Notes under the pieces: model-generated | What the model saw: the letters and a program-made list of their open reading frames with translations, nothing else | What the model was told of the DNA's origin: nothing | Database searches by the model: none | Source of the DNA: Chiloscyllium plagiosum | Lineage: Eukaryota | Length of the DNA: 63,094 bases | Direction: 5' to 3' | Assembly (NCBI RefSeq): GCF_004010195.1 | Contig: NC_057749.1 | Span: forward strand, 18,330,488-18,393,581 | Part shown: positions 1-10,535 of the stretch, piece by piece | Layout of the letters: each line of letters begins with the position of its first letter | Position numbering within the stretch: position 1 is the first letter of the stretch | Translations under genes and position numbers: made by a program

Positions 1-388
1 CACCAGGATATGTGAACATCAACTAGCCACAAAACGTCATGACCCCCTCTCACTAATCCCTTACATACAGATAAGGAAGGACACCACTTTGACTGGGACA
101 ACACATCCATCCTGGGACAAGCAAACAGAGACACGCACGAGAATTCCTAGAAGCATGGCATTCCAACTGGAACTCTATCAACAAAGACATCGAGATGGAC
201 CCAATCTACCACCCCTTGAGAAAAAGAACAGGAAATGACATCACCAACCCAAAGAAACCCAAACATATATATAGAAAGTAGGAAACGTCAGTAGTGTTTC
301 GTCCGGAGGCTCACTGAAGATGTTACCTAGTATGGTGACGAAACGTCTGAAAATGAACATTCCAGCTCAGTGAGCAATCCTACATCCT
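1..388 (+). mobile_element. Penelope-like element 3' end (GIY-YIG endonuclease C-terminal part plus pseudo-LTR), cut by the window edge
   Basis: Translates (with one frameshift) to TRICEHQLATKRHD...LHTDKEGHHFDWDNTSILG, typical of PLE GIY-YIG C-termini. Reverse-complement match to 43848-44558. Confidence 0.85.
311..350 (+). ncRNA. Minimal type-I hammerhead ribozyme motif in the PLE pseudo-LTR
   Basis: TCA-CTGAAGA(314-320)-T-GTTACC/TAGTAT/GGTGAC(322-339)-GAAA(340-343)-CGTC-TGA: both core boxes, 6-bp stem II, 3-bp stem I, palindromic ACGT in place of stem III. Confidence 0.75.
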
Positions 389-389
389 G

Positions 390-640
390 AACCTGGGTCT
401 GTATTCTCTAGGGTTTTGAATACAAGAGATGATATCATTGAAACTTACAAAATACTTAAGGGGTTTAGAAGAAGGTAAATTGTACCCCCAGTTGGAAATC
501 TAGACCTTGGGGCCATCATTTGAAAATAAGGGGGAGCCGTTTGGGACTGAGATGAGGAGATTTTGGTGATGAAGAATTTTTGGATTTCTCTACCATTGAA
601 AATTGGAAGCTCTGTAGATGATTCGATATGATTATATCGA
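390..640 (+). mobile_element. CR1-type LINE 3' fragment (degenerate)
   Basis: ctgggtctgtattctctag...gatatcattgaaacttacaaaatacttaagggg encodes the LGLYSL...DIIETYKILKG CR1 ORF2 C-terminal motif. Confidence 0.7.
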
Positions 641-1192
641 AAGGTAAAGTTGGCTAAGTGGTCTACTCCTGCTGCAGTGTTCCTCACTGAATATTGAACC
701 ATGTGTGGTTTACCTGGTTTGGAGCACTGGTTTTCTAATCTGTCTTTGGAAAATCCAAGCCATTCACACGAGTGGTTTTAGCAGTTTTTCTCTCATTTCT
801 CTCATTACTGCTAAGTGATCAGGTTTAATTCAATTTCTGTGAAACTTGGATCCTTTGTGGAAAAGCAGCTGTAAGGTTTATTCAGGTTAAAATGTATAGC
901 AACCACCTGCTCCAGAAGCAGCATTAATCCTTCATGCTCCATTCTGCCTTAAGAAGTCTGCAGCCTACCCAACTTCTCGGTTTTGACGTTTCTGTCTCTC
1001 ACCACCCTCTTGCTATTTGCCCATCATTGTCTTGTACTCTCCCACCAGCTGGTACTTTGTGCTTTTCTGTGTTTTGGGATTTGGTAGCTTGACATCCTGA
1101 TGTTTCTGCATGGATCAGTGTTCACTGGCACAGGTAATTTTCTGTTCATTGATATCCGCTTATTCTTACACCCAATTTCTTACCTTTTCCAG

Positions 1193-2097
1193 GCGATGAT
1201 GCACTCACATCGACGGAGAGGTTGTGAGGTTGCTTCGATAAGAATCTAACACACAGGCACTAGTCCAAGGCCACTGAGAAGAGAAAGAAGTCTTTTCACA
1301 AGGAAGGTGAATCTAAGATGTCCTTAAGCAGCAGCAGTTCAGCTGGGAAAGGTGCGGATTCGAATGCTGTTGATGCCTACGACAGTGGGGATGAGTGGGA
1401 TATCGGAGTTGGGAATTTAATCATTGACTTGGACGCAGATTTAGAAAAAGATCAGCAGAAAATGGAAATGTCGGGATCGAAAGATGGGAGCATCCCAGTT
1501 CCGAGTGCAGTGGCGGCTCTGCCAGAGAACATCAAGTTTGTCACGCCAGTTCAAGCACCTCAGGCCAAGGAGAGCAAATCAAAGGCAAAGAGAAATAAGA
1601 GTGCAAAGGATGGGGGTAAATCTGTGTCTGCTGCTTCCCTCTACACACTGGGAGAATCAGGAAATGGGAAGAAAGAGATGCAGGGTCGTTCTGGAGATTT
1701 GACAAATCCCAGCGGACTGGGGTCTTCCAACAGCACATCCAAAGGGTCCGAAAAGGGCCCAAAAACTGTCCGGAATGGAGCTGGATCGAAAAAGGATAAG
1801 GAGGGTGGATCAAGCAAAAGCAAAAAGGATAAAAGTGAGAGCAGTGGAGTTGTGCAGCCTCCCCCTGGAAATGATGCAAATGCTGCACAACAGCTAGGGT
1901 TGGGGTCAGGGTCAAAGGGCAGCTCGTTTGAATGTGCTCCAGGCACAAGCTGCCCTGATGGGGCTACGGGTCAAGTGCTGGATTTGGGAAATGCACCAGT
2001 GGATAGCAACACCATATCTAACCTGTTGGGAATTAAAACAGAGTCTGAGGAAGTTGAAAGTGAGTGTCGACCACTGAAGAAGATCAAAACAGAGAAG
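1193..2097 (+). other. ZNF609: ZNF609 first coding exon (905 nt: 125 nt 5'UTR plus 780 nt CDS)
   Basis: Polypyrimidine tract and AG acceptor (tttcttaccttttccag, AG at 1191-1192). Donor AAG|GTAAGA at 2097/2098. Confidence 0.85.
1318..2097 (+). CDS. ZNF609: Zinc finger protein 609, N-terminal 260 codons (phase-0 exon end; rest of gene lies outside the window)
   Basis: MSLSS...YDSGDEWDIGVGNLIIDLDADLEKDQQK...NIKFVTPV...ECRPLKKIKTEK matches the ZNF609 N-terminus as I recall it. DEWDIG/DQQK favour ZNF609 over ZNF608 (DDWEIG/DRQK). Two IKTE SUMO-consensus motifs. Confidence 0.92.
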
Positions 2098-3589
2098 GTA
2101 AGAACAGTGGTAGTTTTAAATGTTCTACAAAATCCCAGTGCAGTCAGGAGATTGCAGCTTGTTAACCTGATGTCCTAAGCAGAGATCTGGTTTGACAAAC
2201 CTCTTCTGTTTCAAGTAATGTGAAGCCAATTGCTTGATCCATTGTGTGTATCAGCCAGCCAGTGAGCAATGTCCTGAAATCTATTTAAGAGTCACCCTCC
2301 TTCTTCAAGACCCCTTACAGCATGGTTAGACCAAATTGTCAGCACTCTTCTATAATGACTGCTTTTTGTTGGGTTCACTTGCACATTTTTGTTTAACTTT
2401 GTTTGACTGTGATGAACATTCATTGGGGATGTTGATGCATGGAGACTGAATCTCTCCCAGTGAGAGGTACAAATAACTGGGTAGTGCATGCACTGTACAC
2501 AAGGTTACCATTTACCTGTTTATACTCCAGCTGCTCAAAGCAAGTTGAGACAACTAAAGAGTCAGCTTCATGATGCTGCATTGTTAACAAGTTTTTGAAA
2601 TTTCCTGATACTTGAATTACACTTCAAACGTTCAATCACCAGGTCCAGAGGGGCTCGGAGGTAGTACTGTAGTTATGTTTGACACTTAAATCCATCGGCT
2701 GCCTCTCTGTGAGGATGGTGCACCTTGCTGTCTATTGAAATGACTTGGGTTGGGATTTAGGTTTATTCTTGCAGTCTGTTGGAGAGTGCTGCTGTTTAGT
2801 GTCGCCTCTGTGCGAATTCTTAAGTGAGGGGGCTGATGTGTTGCAATTAGCCAGTAAGTGTTGGATTGCAAGTTTATCTGATTAGTCAGATTTATACTAC
2901 AGTGACTTGTTGCCACAGTCTTATATATGCTGTGAGTAAATCTAATTGCTTGAGTTGGGACTGAAAGAGAATCCAACTCATTTAACCTAATAGTGAATCC
3001 TACACCAGAAATATTAGTATGGAAATGGTGTTGAATGGGACTGAATTGAAAGGGCTGATTGCTTCTCTGTAGTGGTGCTGATAATGGTTTAATTGTGCTG
3101 CACTGTGTGCAACGTTGGATTCCTATGCCTTTGGTCAAAGCAGTACACAACATACAACCTGTGCTGAAAAGCTGCAGCCGGAGTGCTTGGAGATATTCAT
3201 TGAGCTGAGCAGCATCTGTGGCGAGATGAGAAGCGGTATTTTAGGGATGGGCCCTATCTCATCTGCTTCATTCGAGATTTGTGTGTAATTCCAGGGCTGG
3301 GATAAAATGCCCTTGGAGGGGTTGCTGAGGGGCTGAACAAAATGTTGCTGTGCAATTTTCTTGTCAGAACTGATATGCTGAATATTTAAAGCCTCATCTT
3401 TCCAGCATCTGACATTTTACCACCATCCTTTTCATGCTTTTGGACTGATCTGTACCTGGTTTGCAGATGATTGCTGGAATTTTATCCAGAGCCATTTGAA
3501 CAATTTTTGGGATCCTAGTTGCATACAGTTGCAATCCCTACCCTAGTTTGCTCAACCTTTTGTGAACTACAAGAGCAAAAGTCAGCCTA

Positions 3590-4300
3590 AACTCAGTGGT
3601 CATACTGTTACCTCTCAGAAGTTCATAGGTTTACACTCACGCCTACAATTACAATGGCTGACATTCCAGCGCAGTTCAGATTGAGTGCTCCCATCGCCTG
3701 GGGTTCCAGCTTTAGGTTAGAGATTTTAAGCCAAGATCCCACTTACTACTTGGGTAGATCTGACGGTATTAGTTTGCTGAAGAGCAGTGGATAGAGCTCC
3801 CTGATATTGTGAGCAACATTCATCCCATAGCTGATGTCACAGAAATAGTTGATGCTGGGGGAACGTAGCGGTGTGGTGGTTATATCACTGGATTAGTAAT
3901 CCCGAGGCTTCAGTTCTGGGGACATGGCAAACAGTGAAATTTAATTTAATAAAGATCTAGAATAAAAAACAAACTTAACAAAATCTAGTTCACTCGTGTC
4001 CTTGAAGGAAAGAAATCTGCTGTCCTTAACCAGTCTAGCCAGCATGTGATTCTAAACCCTCAGCAACATGTTTGACTTCTAATTGCCACTTGGGCAGTCT
4101 GAGATTGTCAATGTCATTCATGGAATGTGGATGTAGAAATATTAAATTATTCATTGCTGTTTTTGGGAGCTTGCTATGTGCTGATTCGCTGCTGCATTTT
4201 CCTAGATTAGAACAGTGACAATACATAAATTATACATTCTTGACTGTCAAACCTGATGTCCTGAAGAGTGCTGGAGCGATGCAAGCTGTTCCTTCCTGTC
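3590..4300 (+). mobile_element. DeuSINE-like (SacSINE1-like) SINE, interrupted by another SINE at about 3862-4098
   Basis: Deu-domain-like tttgggagcttgctatgtgc...gctgctgcatttcctag...aacagtgac and an L2-like tail. Similar to 33900-34320. Confidence 0.55.
3862..4098 (+). mobile_element. tRNA-derived SINE (family whose 3' tail resembles the RTE-X-like LINE end at 42500-42900)
   Basis: gtggttatatcactggattagtaatcc...ctagttcactcgtgtcctt...gaaatctgctgtccttaacc...gtgattc recurs many times in the window. Confidence 0.65.
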
Positions 4301-6483
4301 ACCATTGCAGTAAATAGATTGCAGTTTCTGTGTGTTATGGTTTGACTGGGAGCTCCAGGTTTGTATGAGGTTCCTGTCAGAGGTTGCATATGAAGGACCC
4401 CATACACAGGCCCTGTGAACTTGTGTGTACATCCACCTTTATTTTATGTCGAACTAAACTTCTTGATACTGACTATGTTCTCATTTTGTGGTTGGGCTTC
4501 CCTGGAGTGGATGAAACAAAATTGGGTATGAAAGCTGATTTGTCGTCAACCTTTATTTATCAAACAAATGGTACTGTCTGTAGTCTCTCTCAGAACCTGC
4601 GATTGCCAAATAACAATGTTACAAGACATTTGACTCCTGGCATTGCCTCAAATGCTTGCCCACCCAGGTCAGGTTTAACTGTTCTTCTCTCTACTTTTAC
4701 TGACCACAGAGCATATCTAACTACCTATTTACTGCAGTGAGGAATGTGAGACCAGCACTGACTCCCCAGGACAAAGACAAATTCAAGAGAATCTAAATGA
4801 TTTACACCCCTCAATGAAAAATGTCTGAATAAAATAGACACTTCAAAATGATGGATGTTGCGAGTTGAATAATGGAGCATTGAATTCATGTTACTGTCTA
4901 GAGAGGTAAAATGCGAAGAAATCTGTGTTGAGAGGGTCAGTCATGATGATGAGTGTGTTGGAGGAAGGGCTGCAACTCTTGCTCAACTGCTTGGGTTTAA
5001 TTTTGAACTGGTGAAGGCTGATTTTCAGCTGGACAGTGAGTGAGCTGTTTCTAAGTAATTTGTTGGCTGTGTCTCCCTCCACTAAGTCTGATAATTTAGT
5101 GCAGACTGTGGTCTGACATATGGGCTCTGTTGAATATTGAAATTCCTCCATCTCTGCAGTTCAATCAGCCTGTTTATCAACAGCCCAGGAAGAGGCCATT
5201 CTGCCCACCAGGCATTCATCTTTGACTTTCTCCCTTCAAACTCTTCACATTTCAAGTCACTTGAAGACAGGAGGATTGGAACATAATTTGCAGATTTTCT
5301 GTACTGTTCCCAGTGTTGAGTTTCCCTTGAAATTTTTCCATTGGACCCCGTCAGTTCCTTTTTTTTACCGGCCTCAGACTGATTTTTTAAAATTTTTATC
5401 TGGAATGACTAATTAATCTGCGATCTTGTGGACAGCTCTTAAAAACCAGCATGGCCTTCTATAAATGCAGTGAGGGAATGGATTCATGTTTGTGACCCAT
5501 CTTCCCTCTTCCAGGGCTGCCCTTTTTTTCTAGAACTCTTATCTGATGAATTTTTTTTCTCACAGCAAGGCACAAAAAATGTCTGTAAGCCAGCCTGGAG
5601 AACTCATTTTTTTTAGTGCATGTTATGAATAAAGAACACTATGTTTGATGCTGCTATTAACACAGTTCATGTTTGTGTCTCCCTAGATCCAAGGACCCCA
5701 CTTACGTTTAATTCTGCACCTGAGCATTTTGCAGGAATCAGCTAAATTTTATTTGTAATTTTGGAAAATATAGTTTCATTGTTTAGGGCAAGTAATGCAA
5801 TGATGCATGACTGAAATGTGTGCAAAAGGCCCCTGAGCCTCAGTGCTTGTGGCAAACAGCTTTCGCCAGCTGTGGAAGCTTGAGAAGCACCTGTGATGTC
5901 AGCAGGCATTCATCACATCTGGCAGCTCCAAGCAAAGCCCCACTTATAGTCTTAGTGCAAGGACCAAGTGAGCAAACTGCTAAATTAATAGGCTGGACGT
6001 TGCTTTGTATATGACACGATCAAGGGGGTTTGTCCATTCTAATCTTGCGTTATCATCGAGTCTGAGGCATCGTTTGCTGAAAGTCCATTCAAAGATACAT
6101 GTCGTCATGTCAAAATAGAGAGAGAGGAAGAGATGGCAGGAGACTGGATGTTTCTAAACTAGGAATTACACAGTGGAGATCACTAGCTCGTAAGGCAGAC
6201 AGCACCAGGCTGTGCACCCTGACCTGTGTGCTGCCTGAGCACTCTTTACACTTGGCATTGATGGATTGTTTCTGAATCCTCCATTGACTGTCGATTACGT
6301 TAGCAGAGCTGTATCTCTTTAAATGACCAGACAGAAATTATAATTGCGTTATGTGGAGAGAACCTCAAACAAATGTGATCTTTTTGACATTAGTCAGTGC
6401 AGCAACTAGCAATCCGAACCTCCTTGTGACCTGGGGGAAAAGCCCCTCAGAAGGAGCTGGCTTACCAGTGTGAGAAATGGTGG

Positions 6484-7324
6484 TGTTGTCCTGTTTCCCC
6501 TCAATTGCAACAAAACACTCCGAGACACAACGTAGTTTTACCTCCTTCATCTTTATTCCAGGCCCTGGAGGGAGAGAGAACGATCGCCCATGTGCACAGA
6601 GACATGAGTTCACGGTCTTCTCTGGAACAGCAGTTTCTTTTTTTTTCTTTTTATGGTGTGTGTGTGTGCGCAGGTGTGAGACACAGTGAAAGACACAAAG
6701 TGCACAAATCTTTATTCAAATTCCACCACCAGGAAGATAGGAAAACACCCGGGTGGCCAGTGACAAACACTGCCCTTCACATCAAAGGGCAGTGCTGTGT
6801 GATCAAAACAGTGAGGGGGAGGGTAGGGACTAAATCAAAATAGAGTTGGAGGGAGAAAGAGCAGTTTCTTAATGAGTTATGTCGTCATTTTACAGGGAGG
6901 AGCATCCAGATAAGGCAACATACATATTGATTGGGTGACTGTTACAATCAGCAAGGGTCAATAGTAAAGACTAAGCCATCTGTTATTGAATGTTCTTAAT
7001 CTTAATTGGCTTCACATAATGAATACTTTTCACCTTGTTAACTGACCTCCCATACTGAATGTTTTCAATATTGTTAAATGGCTCTACATAATGAATGCTT
7101 TTCCACCTTGTTAACCCATTAACCTTGCCTCCAGCACCCCATTGTTAACTGCAAGTTCTTATCTGATCTGAGTTATGCTCAGCTGAACCTTTTGTTTCAC
7201 AAAACTCAAAACTTAACTGTTTCCCTACCTGCTCATACCTAATACACGTTCTCAGTGGGAAATGATATTTCTGCTGTAGTTACCGTCACTAGTTTGTATA
7301 GTCTGCACAGATAAAGTCTCAACA
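6484..7324 (-). mobile_element. Long terminal repeat (ERV/LTR retrotransposon), containing a younger insertion at 6640-6859
   Basis: TGTTG...CAACA termini. On the minus strand: U3 direct repeats (about 7015 and 7086), CCAAT (6930-6934), TGTAAAA TATA-like box (6888-6894), AATAAA (6552-6557). R/U5 part recurs at 12274-12368. Confidence 0.7.
6640..6859 (-). mobile_element. 5'-truncated polyadenylated non-LTR retroelement 3'UTR (L1/Tx1-like)
   Basis: 11-bp TSD AGCAGTTTCTT (6629-6639 and 6860-6870). Minus-strand AATAAA, (CA)n and A-rich tail. Target site TTCTT/AA. Confidence 0.8.
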
Positions 7325-7332
7325 TCAGCTTC

Positions 7333-8048
7333 TTGACCAAGAAAGCCTGGCAGCATTTCTACCTTCTGTGCAGGCTGAGGAAAGCCCACCTCCTCCTCTT
7401 CACCCCCCCCATCCTCACCACATTCTACAGAGGGTTCATTGAGAGTACCCTGAGCTACTGCATCACTGCTTGGTTCAGGAATTGCACAGTCTCACATTGT
7501 AAGACCCTACAATGGATAGTGAGGACAGCGGAGAAGATCATCGAGGTCTCAGTACCCTCCATTACAGACAATGTAATAGAAAAATGCTAAATAATAGACA
7601 TTCTTCTAGCAGCAATTTGAAGTCATACAAAGAATTTCAGGTGGGAAAGAATCCAGTCATACAGTGGCTTCAGAGAAGAAACTGTTGCACAGTCTGACCG
7701 TCAGAGAGTGAATGCTCCCTGTAATGGAGGGTACTGAGACCTCGATGATCTTCTCCGCTGTCCTCACTATCCATTGTAGGGTCTTACAATGTGAGACTGT
7801 GCAATTCCTGAACCAAGCAGTGATGCAGTAGCTCAGGGTACTCTCAATGAACCCTCTGTAGAATGTGGTGAGGATGGGGGGGTGAAGAGGAGGAGGTGGG
7901 CTTTCCTCAGCCTTGAGTGTTTTGTACTTATGCATTTTATGCCGTGTATGGTGGTGTCCATGTAGCGCCCTCACTCCTGTAGAAACACTGTCTCGTTTTT
8001 ACTGTATCTGTTGTATATGGCAGAAATGACAAATAAAAGCTACTCTTT
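7333..8048 (+). mobile_element. Rex1/Babar-type LINE 3' fragment with an internal inverted duplication
   Basis: KKAWQHFYLLCRLRKA...ILTTFYRGFIESTLSYCITAWFRNC...LQWIVRTAEKII is the Rex1 RT C-terminus. 3' tail actgta...tgacaaataaaag at about 8000-8040. Confidence 0.85.
7372..7913. repeat. Near-perfect inverted repeat: arms 7372-7567 and 7719-7913, 151-nt spacer
   Basis: The arms read as reverse complements, differing by eye only in a C8 versus G7 run. The ORF track shows the same peptide on both strands. Confidence 0.95.
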
Positions 8049-8744
8049 GTAAACAGTGATGATTCAATGGCAAAGTTGCTGTCTATATTATACAATCATG
8101 TCTGAATTCTTGTGGGGTTACCACACTGATTTTATGTTAGACAGATTGGTCTGTTTATTTTTGGGCCTCCTGCAATATTGGAGTCTCTTGGGCTTAAGTT
8201 GGGAAAGTATCTGCCAGAGATCAGATACTCACTTAATCCTGACCTGCTTTCCATCAGTTGAGAGTGTGTATCTGTCTGTAAATGTAAAAGTGAAATTAAT
8301 TTTGCTGACTCCATAATATCACAGACACAGTAACAGTTCACTGTCAGGCATTCCTGCATGTATTAAGTTCCTGCACGTTTGGGGTGTGATCTCGAAAAGC
8401 CTTGTGCAATTGTGTTTGGCTTGTGCCAAACTTTGCACTATGGATATCTCCACACACATTGCTCTGAAGGATAAAGAGGTAACTTTGGTGGGATGGGGAG
8501 GGGGTGGCGCAATGGGTGATCTGCCATGTCTTTGGGAATGTTGCAGTGAAACGGGAAAATGCAAAGACTAAAATGGAGTTCTTGCCCACCCTCGATGGTC
8601 TGGTCTGCTGTCAATATTACAAAGGGTGAGGGGCCATAATCCTAAAATAGATTATGGAGCATTTTTGCATTATTTGAATTCCCCTTTCCTGTCCAGCCCC
8701 CCTCAGATTTAAGCACTCCGTGTAAAGTTAACTTCAGGCACAGC

Positions 8745-10535
8745 AGGTAAGGGGACTACTATGAGAAGGGAGGCAGTCAATAGAAGACTGAGGGTGTTGT
8801 ACTTAAATGAGCTCTGTATATGAACCAAGGCAAGTGAACTTGTAGCGCAGATTAAAATTAAAGGTTACAATGTGGGCATCACAGAGGTGTGGCTGCAAAG
8901 GCATCAGGGCTGGGATCTAAATATCCAAGGATATTTTCCCATTGAAAGGGCAGGCAGAGGGGGCAGGCTTGCCTTAATTGGTTTTAAAATAAAAGTGAAA
9001 TTAAGTCAACAGCAAGAAGTGATTTAGGGTTGGAAGGCATAGAATCTGTCTGAGTAGAGTTGAGGAACTGCAAAAAAAAAAGACCATGATGGGAGTTAGG
9101 TACTTGCTCCTTGCAGTACCCAGGATGTGGAGCAGAAAAGGCATATAAGCAAGGCACCAATAATCATGGGGGATCTTCAATATGCAGATTGACTGGGAAA
9201 ATCAGGTTCGTAGCAGATCCCAAGAAAATGAATTTGTGGATTGTTGGCGATATCCTTTTTGGAGCGGCTTGTGGTAGAGACCTCTAGAGAACAGGTTTTC
9301 TGTATTTGGAGATGTGTATTGAGGCAGACTTGATTAAGGAGGTTAAGGTAAAGGAACCCTGTAGGAGCAATGACCCCAATATAATAGAATTCACCCTGCA
9401 ATTTCAGAGGGAGAAGCTAGAATTCGATGTAATGGTGTTGCCGTTGAGTAAAAGTAACTGCATTGACCCGAAGGAGCTGGTCAGAGTTGACTGGAAGGGG
9501 ACCCTAACAGGGAAGATGGTGGAGCAGCAATGGCAGGAGTTTCCCTGGGTAATTCAGGAGGCACAGCAGAAATTCATCCCAAGGAAGAAGCAGCATGCTG
9601 ACAAGGAAAGTCAGGGACAGCATTTAAAAAAAACATACAAGGCTGTCAAAAACTAGCCGAGAACAACAAAAAAGCAGTAAGGAGGGAGAAGATGAAATAT
9701 GAGGGAAGGTGAGTGGGATGCAAGAGTGGACATTGGACTGCTGGAAAATGAGGCTGGAGAAGCAGTAATGAGAATAACTAAATATAGGTACTTGGCATCA
9801 ATCTTCATAATGGAAGGCAACAGTAGCATAGCACAGCTTCAAGAGTCAGGGACAGGGGTGAGTGTCATGGCTGTCACTATGGAAGAAGTGTTGGGAAAAC
9901 TGAAAGATCTAAAGATGGCTAAATCATCTGAATCGATGGACGGCACTCAGTTCTGAAGGAGATAGCTAAGGCAATTGTCAAGGCATTGATGGTGAACTTT
10001 CAAGAATCACTGGAATCAGGGGTGGTCCCAGAAGACTGGAAAATGGCTAATGTAATACCCCTGTTTAAGAAGAGTGGGAGGCAGAAGCTGGAAACTTACA
10101 GGCTGATTAGCCTGATCTTGGTCATTGGTATGATTTTAGAGATCATTATTAAGGATGGAATTGAGGAGTACTTGAAAGTACATCTCAAAATAGGGGCAAT
10201 GATGTCTCATAAATCAGAGTTCCTTGAAGAAGTAACAAGCAGGTTAGACATAGAGCCAGTGGATGTGATCTATTTGGATCCCCAGAATGCCTTTGACATG
10301 GTGGTGCATGCTGCTTAGAAAGATTAGAGCCCACTGTGTTAGGGCAAGGTACTGGCATGGATAGAAGGTTGGCTGACTGACAGAAGGCAGAAAGTAGGGA
10401 TAAAAGGGTCCTTTCAGAATGGCAACCTTAAGCTGCAGCAAGTTCTGCAGGGGTCCATGTTGGGATCACAACTATTCACATTAATGCTATGGACAAAGGA
10501 ACTGAGGGCATTGTTGCTAAGTTTGCAGATGATGC
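8745..10535 (+). mobile_element. CR1 LINE ORF2 remnant (APE endonuclease to RT; many frameshifts)
   Basis: GITEVWLQ, IIMGD, SNDPNIIEF, GVVPEDWKMANVIPLFKK, VDVIYLD...AFD, QGSMLG and KFADD motifs in order. Confidence 0.9.

Noticed and set aside
1484..1948. Overlapping alternative-frame and antisense ORFs on the ZNF609 exon
   Set aside because: Shadow ORFs of a coding exon with no recognisable domains.
1318..2097. ZNF608 as an alternative identity
   Set aside because: MSLSS, DEWDIG, DQQK, NIKFVTPV and the exon-end motif fit ZNF609 better.
2098..2178. C-terminal extension VRTVVVLNVLQ... of the 286-aa ORF
   Set aside because: It follows a strong AAG|GTAAGA donor at the point where ZNF609 similarity ends, so it is intron read-through.
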